A DNA stretch of 45,116 nucleotides from a virus. The notes below the pieces were generated by a model. It was given only the letters and a program-made list of their open reading frames with translations, was not told where the DNA came from and did no database searches. This document shows positions 17,403 through 25,762 of the stretch, in pieces (positions within the stretch are counted from its first letter, which is position 1; each line of letters opens with the position of its first letter). The position numbers were made by a program, and so were the translations under genes. Location: IMG/VR virus record IMGVR_UViG_3300021431_000034, positions 1-45,116 of that record. One strand, given 5' to 3'.

Positions 17403-18922
17403 TATTCATCACCTGCACCTTCTTTTCCACCTTCCTGACCAGTTTCATCAGGATTCTGACCGCCTTGGTTCTGAACCATTGGATTGAAACCAAATTCCTG
17501 AATCTTTTCTTCCTTTTCAGCCTTGATTCTTTCCAGTTCTGCCTGTGGGTCATCCACCCAAGGATGCATGGACACAACAGTTTCATCAGAAAGGATTCCA
17601 ACAGACTTGGAAACATTGTCAATGACTTCACCTTCATTCAGAAGCATATCCCTGTTGAAGATGACATCCACATCTGTCATTTCATAGTCACCTGCACCGA
17701 TATTTGCAAGGTGATTGTCCACAAACCAAAGCAGGTCTTCAAAGGAAGCCTGATATTCAGTTTCCATGCTGTTTGCATCCAGGTCAATGTCTGAATACAT
17801 GGACTGAATGTTCATCTGATTAGGATTTCCTGCAAGTCTGTCATCCTTTGCATCATATCCCATTGCATTTTCAATGATTGCTTTTTTGAAGATTTCCAGG
17901 ATTGCCTTGTAATTTTCAGAATTGACTTCCACCTGCAAGGTCTTCAGGTCACCACCTGAACCATCAACAGTTCTGACCTTGACAGCACCATACTGTGCAA
18001 GGTTCTTTCTGAATTCACCAAGGTTTTCACCGTCATAATTCATCAGAACCAAGATGGTGTTTCTGGTGTCTTCTTCCATGCTGTTTTGGAAGTTCGATTC
18101 AATCAGGTTCAGTCCATCCTGCAAGGACTTCACCATTTTAATCAAGGGAATTTCCTTGCTGTTATATTTGAAAGGAATCAGTGGAATCCTTGTCCAGTTG
18201 AATCCATCTTCAGTTCCATCTTCATTGACCACTGTGATGTAGTTCTGAAAGAACGGTTCACAAGGTTGCAGTGTACCGCCTGAAGACAGTTCAAAATAAT
18301 TGATTCCTTTGTCATCATAGACTTCAACCTTTTCAACAACCTTTTCAGTGTGTCCTTCATAGACAATCACTTCATAAATCCTGATTGCATAGTCCAGTTG
18401 TGTATGTTCTGAATCATGCCAACCAGGAATGACTTCAAAAGGTTTGATTCTTTTGAAAGACAGTTCACCCTTTTCATTGTAGTAAACGAACATCCAACCA
18501 ATCCCACAATTCAAAGAATCTTCACCAACTGCTTTCAGAAGTCTTTGGAACTTCTTATTCAGAATCAGCTTCAACTGCTTTGCATAATTGTCATCATCAG
18601 ACTGGAAGGTCAGTGGTTGTCCAAGTAAATAGTTCACCTTTTGGTCAACCATCTTCTTGTATTGGTTATCAACAATTCTGTTGTTTGGAAGATTCTTGAC
18701 TTCTGTCAGTTCCCCATCTTCACCAATGACTGTTCTGACCCTTGAAAGGATGTCATGTTTGCCTGCATAGTATTTTTCACCATCAAGCATTTCTTTTCTT
18801 CTCTGTGAAACCTTGAAATGATTGATTTCATTCACAATGTACTGTTCATCTGTGATTCTGTCTTTTCCTATTGTGACAGCCTGTGCAATTCTTGCAGCTT
18901 CACTTAAAAGAAAATCAAACAC
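17402..18922 (-). CDS. Portal protein (SPP1 gp6-like)
   Basis: 506 aa. It lies between terL and MuF and has an acidic C-terminus. Confidence 0.85.
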   Translation of the reverse strand: MFDFLLSEAARIAQAVTIGKDRITDEQYIVNEINHFKVSQRRKEMLDGEKYYAGKHDILSRVRTVIGEDGELTEVKNLPNNRIVDNQYKKMVDQKVNYLLGQPLTFQSDDDNYAKQLKLILNKKFQRLLKAVGEDSLNCGIGWMFVYYNEKGELSFKRIKPFEVIPGWHDSEHTQLDYAIRIYEVIVYEGHTEKVVEKVEVYDDKGINYFELSSGGTLQPCEPFFQNYITVVNEDGTEDGFNWTRIPLIPFKYNSKEIPLIKMVKSLQDGLNLIESNFQNSMEEDTRNTILVLMNYDGENLGEFRKNLAQYGAVKVRTVDGSGGDLKTLQVEVNSENYKAILEIFKKAIIENAMGYDAKDDRLAGNPNQMNIQSMYSDIDLDANSMETEYQASFEDLLWFVDNHLANIGAGDYEMTDVDVIFNRDMLLNEGEVIDNVSKSVGILSDETVVSMHPWVDDPQAELERIKAEKEEKIQEFGFNPMVQNQGGQNPDETGQEGGKEGAGDE

Positions 18923-18952
18923 ATTTTTTCACCTTCCTTTCCTTCAGAATTT

Positions 18953-19321
18953 TTATAGTGCATCAGCTTCTTCAAATGCCTGAAGCATTTTGGGGAACTG
19001 AAAAGCAATCCAATCAACAATTTCTTCATTGCATCCCCACGATTCAGCACCAAGTCCTGATTCAAACAGGAATGCATGAACCAGTTCATGTCTGATGACC
19101 TGTTTTCTGTATGTTTCCAGGTCAGCAACAGAATCTGAAGTCTTTATCAAAGTATCAATGACACAAGTTTTGATTGTATGGTCACAATAACCATCTGCCT
19201 TGTCCAGGCAAGGGTCTTTTGACCTGTCACCATCAATGATTGCATAGGGAACACCAAGAACTTCCACTGTCTTGACCTGTTCAAGAATCATCTTGTCTTC
19301 TTCAGTCATCACCCTTTCCAC
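18953..19321 (-). CDS. Small putative zinc metallopeptidase (HExxH)
   Basis: 122 aa with the motif RHELVHAFLFESGLGAESW. It uses a GTG start behind GAAAGGCGGTGA. Confidence 0.5.
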   Translation of the reverse strand: MERVMTEEDKMILEQVKTVEVLGVPYAIIDGDRSKDPCLDKADGYCDHTIKTCVIDTLIKTSDSVADLETYRKQVIRHELVHAFLFESGLGAESWGCNEEIVDWIAFQFPKMLQAFEEADAL

Positions 19322-19359
19322 TTATGTCACCGCCTTTCAAATTATTGCTTTATATGCTC

Positions 19360-19393
19360 AAAGCAGCAGAAAACCACCGCTTCCTGCTGCTTT
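19360..19393. other. 10-bp stem-loop in the terL to metallopeptidase intergenic gap
   Basis: AAAGCAGCAG (19360-69) pairs with CTGCTGCTTT (19384-93) across a 14-nt loop. The T-tract is weak on the coding (minus) strand. Confidence 0.4.
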
Positions 19394-19415
19394 TGTCACT
19401 TGCTTGTCACTAACA

Positions 19416-20720
19416 TCAAGCAAAACTGAATGTTTCACCCTTGATGAAGTCTTCCAGTGCATACCGCATTGCATCCATCAGGTGATTGAAGTCATCTATT
19501 GGAACATTCAGCTTCTTTCCAAACTTGTCCACATCCCAAGTGTAATTGCTGATTTCAGTCAGGAAGTTCACACACCTTGGATGTATGACAATGTGGAAGT
19601 CCTGAACATACTGGATGCCATTGTTGATGCTGTCTTTTCCTTTTCGTGCTGCATGGATGTGTGACAATCCAAGGTCACGAAGTTCAGCAATAGACTTTGG
19701 TTCAGCAGAATCTGCTGTGATTTTCTCTTTCACAAAACCCATTGACTGAATGTTCCTGAAGATTGCACTGTTCACAAGTCCTGTCTGATACATTTCATCA
19801 AACACATAGATGGTCTTGTTCTTCAGGTCAACCATTCCACACCATAGTGCAGAAGGGTCATTGGTATATCCGAAGTCAAGACCAAATGCAGACTTGATTC
19901 CTGGAATCCGCTTGATGTCATCCAGGTTGAATGCTTTTTCTTCCCAATTTTCAAAGATAAGACCTTCAACAATTCCCCAATTTCCAAGACCTGCAACCTG
20001 GTATCTTCTTGGATTATTGACCTTCATCCTTTCAAAGACCTTCAGGTCAGCTTCATCCAACCATTCATTGCAGGTGTAGTTGGTTGTCAGTGCAAGGATT
20101 TCACCATCATCTGACAAAGGATTCTGTCTTGGTTTATAAATCGGTTTCCCTTCAGAATCTGTTCCAACCAAATCATCAAAGAACCTGTGCTTCATCCAGT
20201 GATGTTCATTCCAGGGATTGAATGTCAGTGTTATCTGCTTGAACAGACCACCTTCAACAGAACCCCTGATTGATTCATCAAGCATGTCAAAGTCAGATTC
20301 CTTCATGACTTCATACGCTTCTTCAATCCACATCCAACAAAGTGAACCAACATCCACTGTGATTGATGTGACTTTCAAGGGGTCATCCAATCCCCTGAAA
20401 TATATCTTCTGACCTGTGGGAATATAGGTCATTTCAAGTGGTGATTCCTTCACATCCCAATGTGCATCCACACCAAGTCTGTGAATTGCCCATTTCAGTT
20501 CAGTGAAGCAGGAATCCTTCAAGGTTCTGAAGGTTTTCCTGACAACCAGTGTGTTTGCACCAGGATGTTTCATCATGTTATAGATGAACCATAGTGCAGT
20601 GGTCTTGGACTTCTTGGAAGCACGACTTCCTTTGACAACTCTGTATCTGCCTTTGAAGTTCCAAAACAGTTTATAGCCTTTACCAATGCAATTAGGAAGA
20701 AAGATTTCTTTTTTCTTCAT
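19416..20720 (-). CDS. terL: Terminase large subunit (PBSX / Terminase_3-like)
   Basis: 434 aa. The Walker A-like motif is VVKGSRASKKSKTTAL, and the gene position fits. Confidence 0.9.
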   Translation of the reverse strand: MKKKEIFLPNCIGKGYKLFWNFKGRYRVVKGSRASKKSKTTALWFIYNMMKHPGANTLVVRKTFRTLKDSCFTELKWAIHRLGVDAHWDVKESPLEMTYIPTGQKIYFRGLDDPLKVTSITVDVGSLCWMWIEEAYEVMKESDFDMLDESIRGSVEGGLFKQITLTFNPWNEHHWMKHRFFDDLVGTDSEGKPIYKPRQNPLSDDGEILALTTNYTCNEWLDEADLKVFERMKVNNPRRYQVAGLGNWGIVEGLIFENWEEKAFNLDDIKRIPGIKSAFGLDFGYTNDPSALWCGMVDLKNKTIYVFDEMYQTGLVNSAIFRNIQSMGFVKEKITADSAEPKSIAELRDLGLSHIHAARKGKDSINNGIQYVQDFHIVIHPRCVNFLTEISNYTWDVDKFGKKLNVPIDDFNHLMDAMRYALEDFIKGETFSFA

Positions 20721-20923
20721 TCAAAGGTCACCCCTTCCTGAAGTCTTGGACACTTTCTTTCCTTGCATCTGTGGGTCTTCATCAATCCCCTGGTCAAAAC
20801 ACCTTTATGCCAATGACAGACTGCAACAGGATAAAATGTGAAGTTCCCATCAATGCATTCATATTCAAATTTGCATCTTCTTTGTCCTTTGTGGTTTGGA
20901 TGGTGTTTCTTCTTTCTTGTCAT
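20717..20923 (-). CDS. Small basic Cys/His-rich protein between terS and terL
   Basis: 68 aa, MTRKKKHHPNHKGQRRCKFEYEC...CHWH...HRCKERKC. The start overlaps the terS stop (TAATG), and the stop overlaps the terL start. Confidence 0.5.
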   Translation of the reverse strand: MTRKKKHHPNHKGQRRCKFEYECIDGNFTFYPVAVCHWHKGVLTRGLMKTHRCKERKCPRLQEGVTFE

Positions 20924-21357
20924 TAGTCTTCCAGTTGGTCTTCACCGCTGATGATGACTGGAACAGCACCTTCAAGGTTCACTTTGTCTGTGAACAGTCC
21001 ATAACGCTTTCCAAGTAGTTCAGCAGCTTTCAACCTTTCCTTTTCATCAGGTGCTTTCAACATTCGTCTTGCATCTGAACAACCGTCACCAGTTCCTTCC
21101 ACAACCACAATTTCAGATTCTGATTCCCCACGAACAACAGAAGTCAGGTATCGCATGACTTCTTCAGCAGAAGCAATGGTTTTGTCCTGCATCTTTGCAA
21201 GCAGTTCATCAATATAATTTTTGATGTCAGGTTTTGACAGGATTTCAGCACCAGTCTGTCTTGCTGTCTTTTCACTGTAACCTGCCCTGATTGCTGCTTG
21301 TGTAGCATTACAATCAACCAAATATTCTTCACAAAACCGTTTCTGTTTATTGGTCAT
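20923..21357 (-). CDS. terS: Terminase small subunit (Terminase_2 / P27-like)
   Basis: MTNKQKRFCEEYLVDCNATQAAIRAGYSEKTARQTGAEILSKP. ATG 21357 sits behind GAAAGGAAGTGAAGGA; the track start at 21435 is unlikely. Confidence 0.85.
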   Translation of the reverse strand: MTNKQKRFCEEYLVDCNATQAAIRAGYSEKTARQTGAEILSKPDIKNYIDELLAKMQDKTIASAEEVMRYLTSVVRGESESEIVVVEGTGDGCSDARRMLKAPDEKERLKAAELLGKRYGLFTDKVNLEGAVPVIISGEDQLED

Positions 21358-21450
21358 GCATCCTTCACTTCCTTTCTTCAGAATCATAAAGAAAATCACC
21401 AGGACAAAGCATCCTGGTGATTCATTTTCACACATACTATATTAGCACAT

Positions 21451-21879
21451 TCAAAGGTGGGAAAGGGTGGGATGTTTTAACCTGAAGTCTTCAAGTGCAT
21501 CCCTGTGTAATTCCTTCACATAATCAAAGGAATAATTCATTTCAACTGCAATCAGTTCATAGGACTTGATTTCAACATACCTTTTGAACAACACATTGAT
21601 GTATCTGTCATCATGCAGTTCCTGAATTTCACCTATGATTCTATGTCTGACTTGTTCAAGATGCAGAATCTGTTCCTGAACTTCCTGTTCAAGTGTCATA
21701 TACTGGATGACAAGACTTTCAAGTTTGGAATCCGTCATGGATGTCTGAACCTTGTCTTTGTCATACCTGATTGCACCTGCACCACTTGCAGCTTCTTTCA
21801 AATATTCAATTTGTTCTTCTTTCTGTTTTATCTTGGTTTCAAGCATTTTTATCTGCTGAAGATATTTCTGTGCATTCAC
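21451..21879 (-). CDS. Late transcriptional regulator, ArpU / DUF1492 (sigma-70 region-4-like)
   Basis: The C-terminus reads RYINVLFKRYVEIKSYELIAVEMNYSFDYVKELHRDALEDF. It lies directly upstream of terS. The likely start is GTG 21879, 5 nt after GAAAGAAGGTGA. Confidence 0.65.
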   Translation of the reverse strand: MNAQKYLQQIKMLETKIKQKEEQIEYLKEAASGAGAIRYDKDKVQTSMTDSKLESLVIQYMTLEQEVQEQILHLEQVRHRIIGEIQELHDDRYINVLFKRYVEIKSYELIAVEMNYSFDYVKELHRDALEDFRLKHPTLSHL

Positions 21880-21904
21880 TGGAATCACCTTCTTTCTGTT
21901 TTAT

Positions 21905-22201
21905 CGGTTCAAGGTGCGGTTCAAGGTGAAGCACATGTTTTAGGGTCACCTTGAACCGCTTCAAATCCTTGATTTTACTTGCTTTTGAGTGGGTCAAGGT
22001 TCAAGGTTCAAGGTGATGTCTATATATTTATTATATTTTTTACTATATACTTAATTTCACATAGTATGATTTTCTATATAATAAATAGAAAATACCTTGA
22101 ACCGCTTGAACCGATAACCTTTGAACCCTTTGTTTACAAGGGTTTGAAGCGGTTCAAGGTAAACAATTTCACCTTGAACCGACCTTGAACCACCTTGAAC
22201 C
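21905..22201. repeat. Iteron element R1: about 13 copies of GGTTCAAGGT / ACCTTGAACC flanking a 75-bp AT-rich core
   Basis: Forward copies start at 21906, 21918, 21998, 22005 and 22151. Reverse copies start at 21948, 22094, 22171, 22182 and 22192, plus degenerate copies. The AT core spans 22019-22093. The element is homologous to R2 in inverted orientation. Confidence 0.9.
22030..22060 (-). promoter_or_regulatory. Candidate outward (late-operon-facing) promoter inside the R1 core
   Basis: On the minus strand, GTGAAA (22060-22055) is followed by a 19-nt spacer and TATAAT (22035-22030). The same boxes are conserved in R2. Confidence 0.35.
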
Positions 22202-22207
22202 CTGTCA

Positions 22208-22360
22208 CTATTCCTGTTTTACCTGTGACAGCAGGAACTTGAACATCAGAATCCAGTCTTCCTTGCTGATTGCCCTTTCATTAGCACCTTCAGCAATTGC
22301 CTGACACATCTTCAACTTCTGTTTGTCATCTGACTGTTTCCACTTTTCAACATCTATCAT
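22208..22360 (-). CDS. Small ORF (50 aa) at the end of the early operon
   Basis: ATG 22360 lies behind AAAGGGGTG. The product is MIDVEKWKQSDDKQKLKMCQAIAEGANERAISKEDWILMFKFLLSQVKQE. Confidence 0.35.
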   Translation of the reverse strand: MIDVEKWKQSDDKQKLKMCQAIAEGANERAISKEDWILMFKFLLSQVKQE

Positions 22361-22363
22361 GAT

Positions 22364-22945
22364 TTACACCCCTTTCACCTTGCTTGCATACATGTCTGCT
22401 GTGTGTGTCCATAACACTGTTTCATATTTCCTGATTGCTGCATCATACTGATTCCACCTGTCTGTTTCATAAGCACCCATGTGAAAACTGATGCAGAAGA
22501 TTTCTTCTTCAGTCAAGGTCATGAACTGTGACAGAAGCATCACCGACTTGTCACCATGCCCTGAAAGAATTCTGTCAGGATTCTTCCCCCACTTGGGATT
22601 CTTGGAAATAGGTGAACCAGTTCCCATGACAACCACATCTTCAGCATTTTCATCAATGTAGTCATCCAGTTTGCAAAGGTCATGGAACATTCCAACCACA
22701 AAAGGTGACCTTTCATCTTTCCACTGGATGTCAAACCGCTTTGTCATGTCCACCAAGACATCCATCACTTCAAAGGAATGGTCAAACAGACCGCCTGTGT
22801 AATTCCCATGATGACTGATTGCAGCAGGCTTCACAAAGAATCCCTGTTCAACCAACCACCGCTTGAATTCAGATGACACCCATCTTCCCATTGCATCATC
22901 AAACATTTTCAGTCTGTCTTTATCATTCAGCATTTTCTTCACCAT
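22364..22945 (-). CDS. HD-domain phosphohydrolase
   Basis: Motifs: HHGNYTGGLFDHS ... GMFHDLCK. Confidence 0.75.
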   Translation of the reverse strand: MVKKMLNDKDRLKMFDDAMGRWVSSEFKRWLVEQGFFVKPAAISHHGNYTGGLFDHSFEVMDVLVDMTKRFDIQWKDERSPFVVGMFHDLCKLDDYIDENAEDVVVMGTGSPISKNPKWGKNPDRILSGHGDKSVMLLSQFMTLTEEEIFCISFHMGAYETDRWNQYDAAIRKYETVLWTHTADMYASKVKGV

Positions 22946-23195
22946 CCTTTTTGTCTTCCTGGAAGAACACCATGCTTTCTGTTGTCAGAAGCACTGGTGG
23001 AACAATCTGACCTTGTATGTACAGATAAACCTTCCCTGTTTCCTGAACCTGTTTGATTTCTTCAGGTGTCAGTTCCCAACAGCTTTCAACACCTTCTTCA
23101 TGGTTGTCCACATTGGTGTACTTGGTGACAGGAAGGTCATTGCATCCTTCAAGGGTGTACACTGCATTGGTTGTTTCAGTTCTGACTGGTTTCAT
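22923..23195 (-). CDS. Hypothetical protein
   Basis: The likely start is MKPVRTETTNAVYTLEG (ATG 23195). I recognise no family. Confidence 0.5.
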   Translation of the reverse strand: MKPVRTETTNAVYTLEGCNDLPVTKYTNVDNHEEGVESCWELTPEEIKQVQETGKVYLYIQGQIVPPVLLTTESMVFFQEDKKDGEENAE

Positions 23196-23901
23196 CCTGT
23201 TCACCTTCTTCCTGCAAGAATACTTCACCTGCTTTGCACACCTGGATGTCATCAAAGATGACTGGAATCAGTTTCTTCATGTCCTGAAGCAGCGGAACAG
23301 CAACTTCAAGCATCTGTGGATGTGGTGTTCCAGTGATTCCTGCTGCACGAAGTTTGAAGAACCACCGCCATTCACGAAGATTGCATGTCATGTTGACTTC
23401 TGTCTTCAGACTGTTGGGAAGGACTGACCTTGCTTCCTGTGGTGTGTGACCTATGTCAAGCATGTCAAAGTATGCCTTTTCTGCTGACTTCATCTGTTCC
23501 TTCCATACCTTGAAACCAGGTGTTCCATAGTTCAGGAAGAAGGGAAGGATGAAGGTGATTTCACCACCAAAGTCATCCTTGGAATAATTGCAATACCTGG
23601 TGGATTCCTGTGCAAAGGATGCAACCCTGTGTCTGACCAGTTCATGTGACACACCCCTGTCACACACAAACTTCACTGTAACAGACACATGTTCAAGCAT
23701 TGCTTCATGACCGCTTTTAATCAGACCCCTGACCATCTTTTCAGCAGTTCCTTCTGCAATCTTTCCTTCTGACTTGTAACAAGTCCTTGCAACAGCTTCA
23801 ATCTTCCGAAGCACCTTCTGACCGTCAAAATCCAAATAAATCTGTGTGTAAGGTTTAATTGCCTGCATTTTCTTCACCAATCCTTTCCAATGTTCTTTCA
23901 A
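23176..23901 (-). CDS. thyX: FAD-dependent thymidylate synthase ThyX
   Basis: It carries the ThyX signature RHRVASFAQESTRY. The start is uncertain (23901 or 23868). Confidence 0.85.
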   Translation of the reverse strand: MKEHWKGLVKKMQAIKPYTQIYLDFDGQKVLRKIEAVARTCYKSEGKIAEGTAEKMVRGLIKSGHEAMLEHVSVTVKFVCDRGVSHELVRHRVASFAQESTRYCNYSKDDFGGEITFILPFFLNYGTPGFKVWKEQMKSAEKAYFDMLDIGHTPQEARSVLPNSLKTEVNMTCNLREWRWFFKLRAAGITGTPHPQMLEVAVPLLQDMKKLIPVIFDDIQVCKAGEVFLQEEGEQDETSQN

Positions 23902-24376
23902 TCTTCTGATTTTCTATTTCCTGAACTTCCTGGTCACATCCAAGAAGGAAGATGACCTGATTCAGAACCAACCTGACATCTGCAAGTTCTTCCACAAGGT
24001 TGTGTTCCAAATCTCTGATTTTCAAACTGTCTGCAACAGGTTGTCCACATCCATGAACCCTGTTCATCTTGCAGATTGCCTGTGTCAGTTCAGCCATTTC
24101 TTCAATCAACTGGTTCTTCTGACCTTCCAGTCCATAATGATTTGCAATCTGAAACCTTCTGTCTGTGAATTCCAGTTCTGACTGTTTTGCTTCATACCAT
24201 GCAGCCTTGTCCAAATCTTCCTGACCATTCTTCAGGTCATGTCTGTATTTGTACTTGTATGCATTCAGTTCACAAAATGCTTGAACTTTTTCTGAACCAA
24301 ACCTTTCAAGCATTTCCACAATGCATTCCTTTCTTCCAGGTGCATTGTAGTGTGCAGGATGATTGACTGCTTCCAC
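23855..24376 (-). CDS. DUF3310-like N-terminal domain fused to a MazG-like nucleotide pyrophosphohydrolase
   Basis: The N-terminus reads NHPAHYN...ECI...FCELNAYKYKYRH..K...DLDKAAWY. The C-terminus has EEMAEL..A and EELADV helices. The start is GTG. Confidence 0.65.
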   Translation of the reverse strand: MEAVNHPAHYNAPGRKECIVEMLERFGSEKVQAFCELNAYKYKYRHDLKNGQEDLDKAAWYEAKQSELEFTDRRFQIANHYGLEGQKNQLIEEMAELTQAICKMNRVHGCGQPVADSLKIRDLEHNLVEELADVRLVLNQVIFLLGCDQEVQEIENQKIERTLERIGEENAGN

Positions 24377-24430
24377 GATACATCACCAACCTTTCTGTTT
24401 GTTTTTAAGATACTATATTGTTAAAAAAAT

Positions 24431-25762
24431 TTAGCATGAACCACCATCAGCACCATGAAATGCACCAACAGGATATTTCCAATCATTCACAAAGACATCA
24501 TCTTCAGTGAATTGACCTGTCAGGATGCTGTTCAATGCTTGCTTGTCATCCTTGACCACACATGAAGGTGTGCATCCAACAAAGGATTCCAAGTCTTGTT
24601 TATTGTCCAGGGTGAATCCAAGAATTCTTTCATCCTGCTTCAGTGCTTCCCATTCTTCAGGGAATAGTTCTTTGATTCCTGCAAACAACCTTGGTGTGCT
24701 GAAGATGCAAGTCATGCAAGAACACCGATTCCATCCGATTCTATAACAAGGGTGTGGATTCAATTTGTGCCTTTTCAGCAGTTCCCAAACATCTTTTTCA
24801 GTGTAGTCAATGCAGCACCGCCACTGATGGACTATTCTGTGGGAACGCTTTTCAGCATTGGTTCTGTGAATTTCCATTTCATTGTATTTTGCCCTTCCTG
24901 CTGATTCACCCCTTCTTTCACCTGAAACAATCAGAATCTTCTTGTCTGACCTGGTATTTTCCAGGTTGCTTGTCACACTGTCCTGGACTGCTGCTTTCAG
25001 GTTTCCGCTGCACCATCTTCCTTGGTGTGTTCCACCTTTTGCAGGAAACTTCAACCTTTTCCCACCAAGCTGTTCCAGTTCATGAAGACTGTCCAAATTG
25101 GACACCACACTGTCTGCAACACATATTTTCAGGTATGCAGAACACCATCTTCTTGACAGGTCAGGTGACTTTGCAGGAAACTTCATTCTATATCCGTATT
25201 CCTTCAGCAGTTCTTCCATTTCTTCTGTTGCCTGTTCTTTGATTTCTTTGCATTTCAGATAGTTGTTGGAAGGTTTGCATTGCTTCACTTCACCTGTGTC
25301 AGGGTCAATCCATTCAATAGGTTCTGATGCACCGATTCTGTACAGTTCCCCAAAGAAACCATTCACACGATATGAAACACGAAGGGTCACATCAAATGCT
25401 TTTGCAACCGCTTCAACATAGTTCCTGGTGCATTTCCAATCCATTGTTCTTGAAGGGTGTCCACCATCTATGTCATGATGCCAAAGTTCAATTTTTTCCT
25501 TTGGAACACCAAGTTCAAGCAGCTTCAGAAAACATGCTGTTGAATCCTTTCCACCGCTGAACAGAACCACAATCAGGTCATATTCTTCCAAGGGAAGCAG
25601 TTCAGGAAGAAAGATTTTCTTGAAATGTTCTGAATCATTCCTTCCAGGAACAGTTGGTTTCAGCCTGATTCCTTGTCCATAAATAGGTGAATCCTGCTTT
25701 CCATGAATGACTGGTGTGTCCTGTGTGCAGTCAGAATCCTTCAAAAATATTCCGTTTTCCAT
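24431..25762 (-). CDS. PAPS-reductase / PP-loop ATP-pyrophosphatase family protein with an internally duplicated insert
   Basis: The PP-loop is VLFSGGKDST, and SGERRGESAGR is also present. The tandem repeats are RMKFPAKSPDLSRRWCSAYLKICVADSVVSNL and RLKFPAKGGTHQGRWCSGNLKAAVQDSVTSNL. A Cys cluster reads CYRIGWNRCSCMTC. Confidence 0.7.
   Translation of the reverse strand: MENGIFLKDSDCTQDTPVIHGKQDSPIYGQGIRLKPTVPGRNDSEHFKKIFLPELLPLEEYDLIVVLFSGGKDSTACFLKLLELGVPKEKIELWHHDIDGGHPSRTMDWKCTRNYVEAVAKAFDVTLRVSYRVNGFFGELYRIGASEPIEWIDPDTGEVKQCKPSNNYLKCKEIKEQATEEMEELLKEYGYRMKFPAKSPDLSRRWCSAYLKICVADSVVSNLDSLHELEQLGGKRLKFPAKGGTHQGRWCSGNLKAAVQDSVTSNLENTRSDKKILIVSGERRGESAGRAKYNEMEIHRTNAEKRSHRIVHQWRCCIDYTEKDVWELLKRHKLNPHPCYRIGWNRCSCMTCIFSTPRLFAGIKELFPEEWEALKQDERILGFTLDNKQDLESFVGCTPSCVVKDDKQALNSILTGQFTEDDVFVNDWKYPVGAFHGADGGSC

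Noticed and set aside
21905-22201. The iteron arrays considered as a CRISPR array
   Set aside because: The repeat unit is only 10 bp and occurs in both orientations with irregular 0 to 60 bp spacing. No cas genes are present. This is not a CRISPR architecture.
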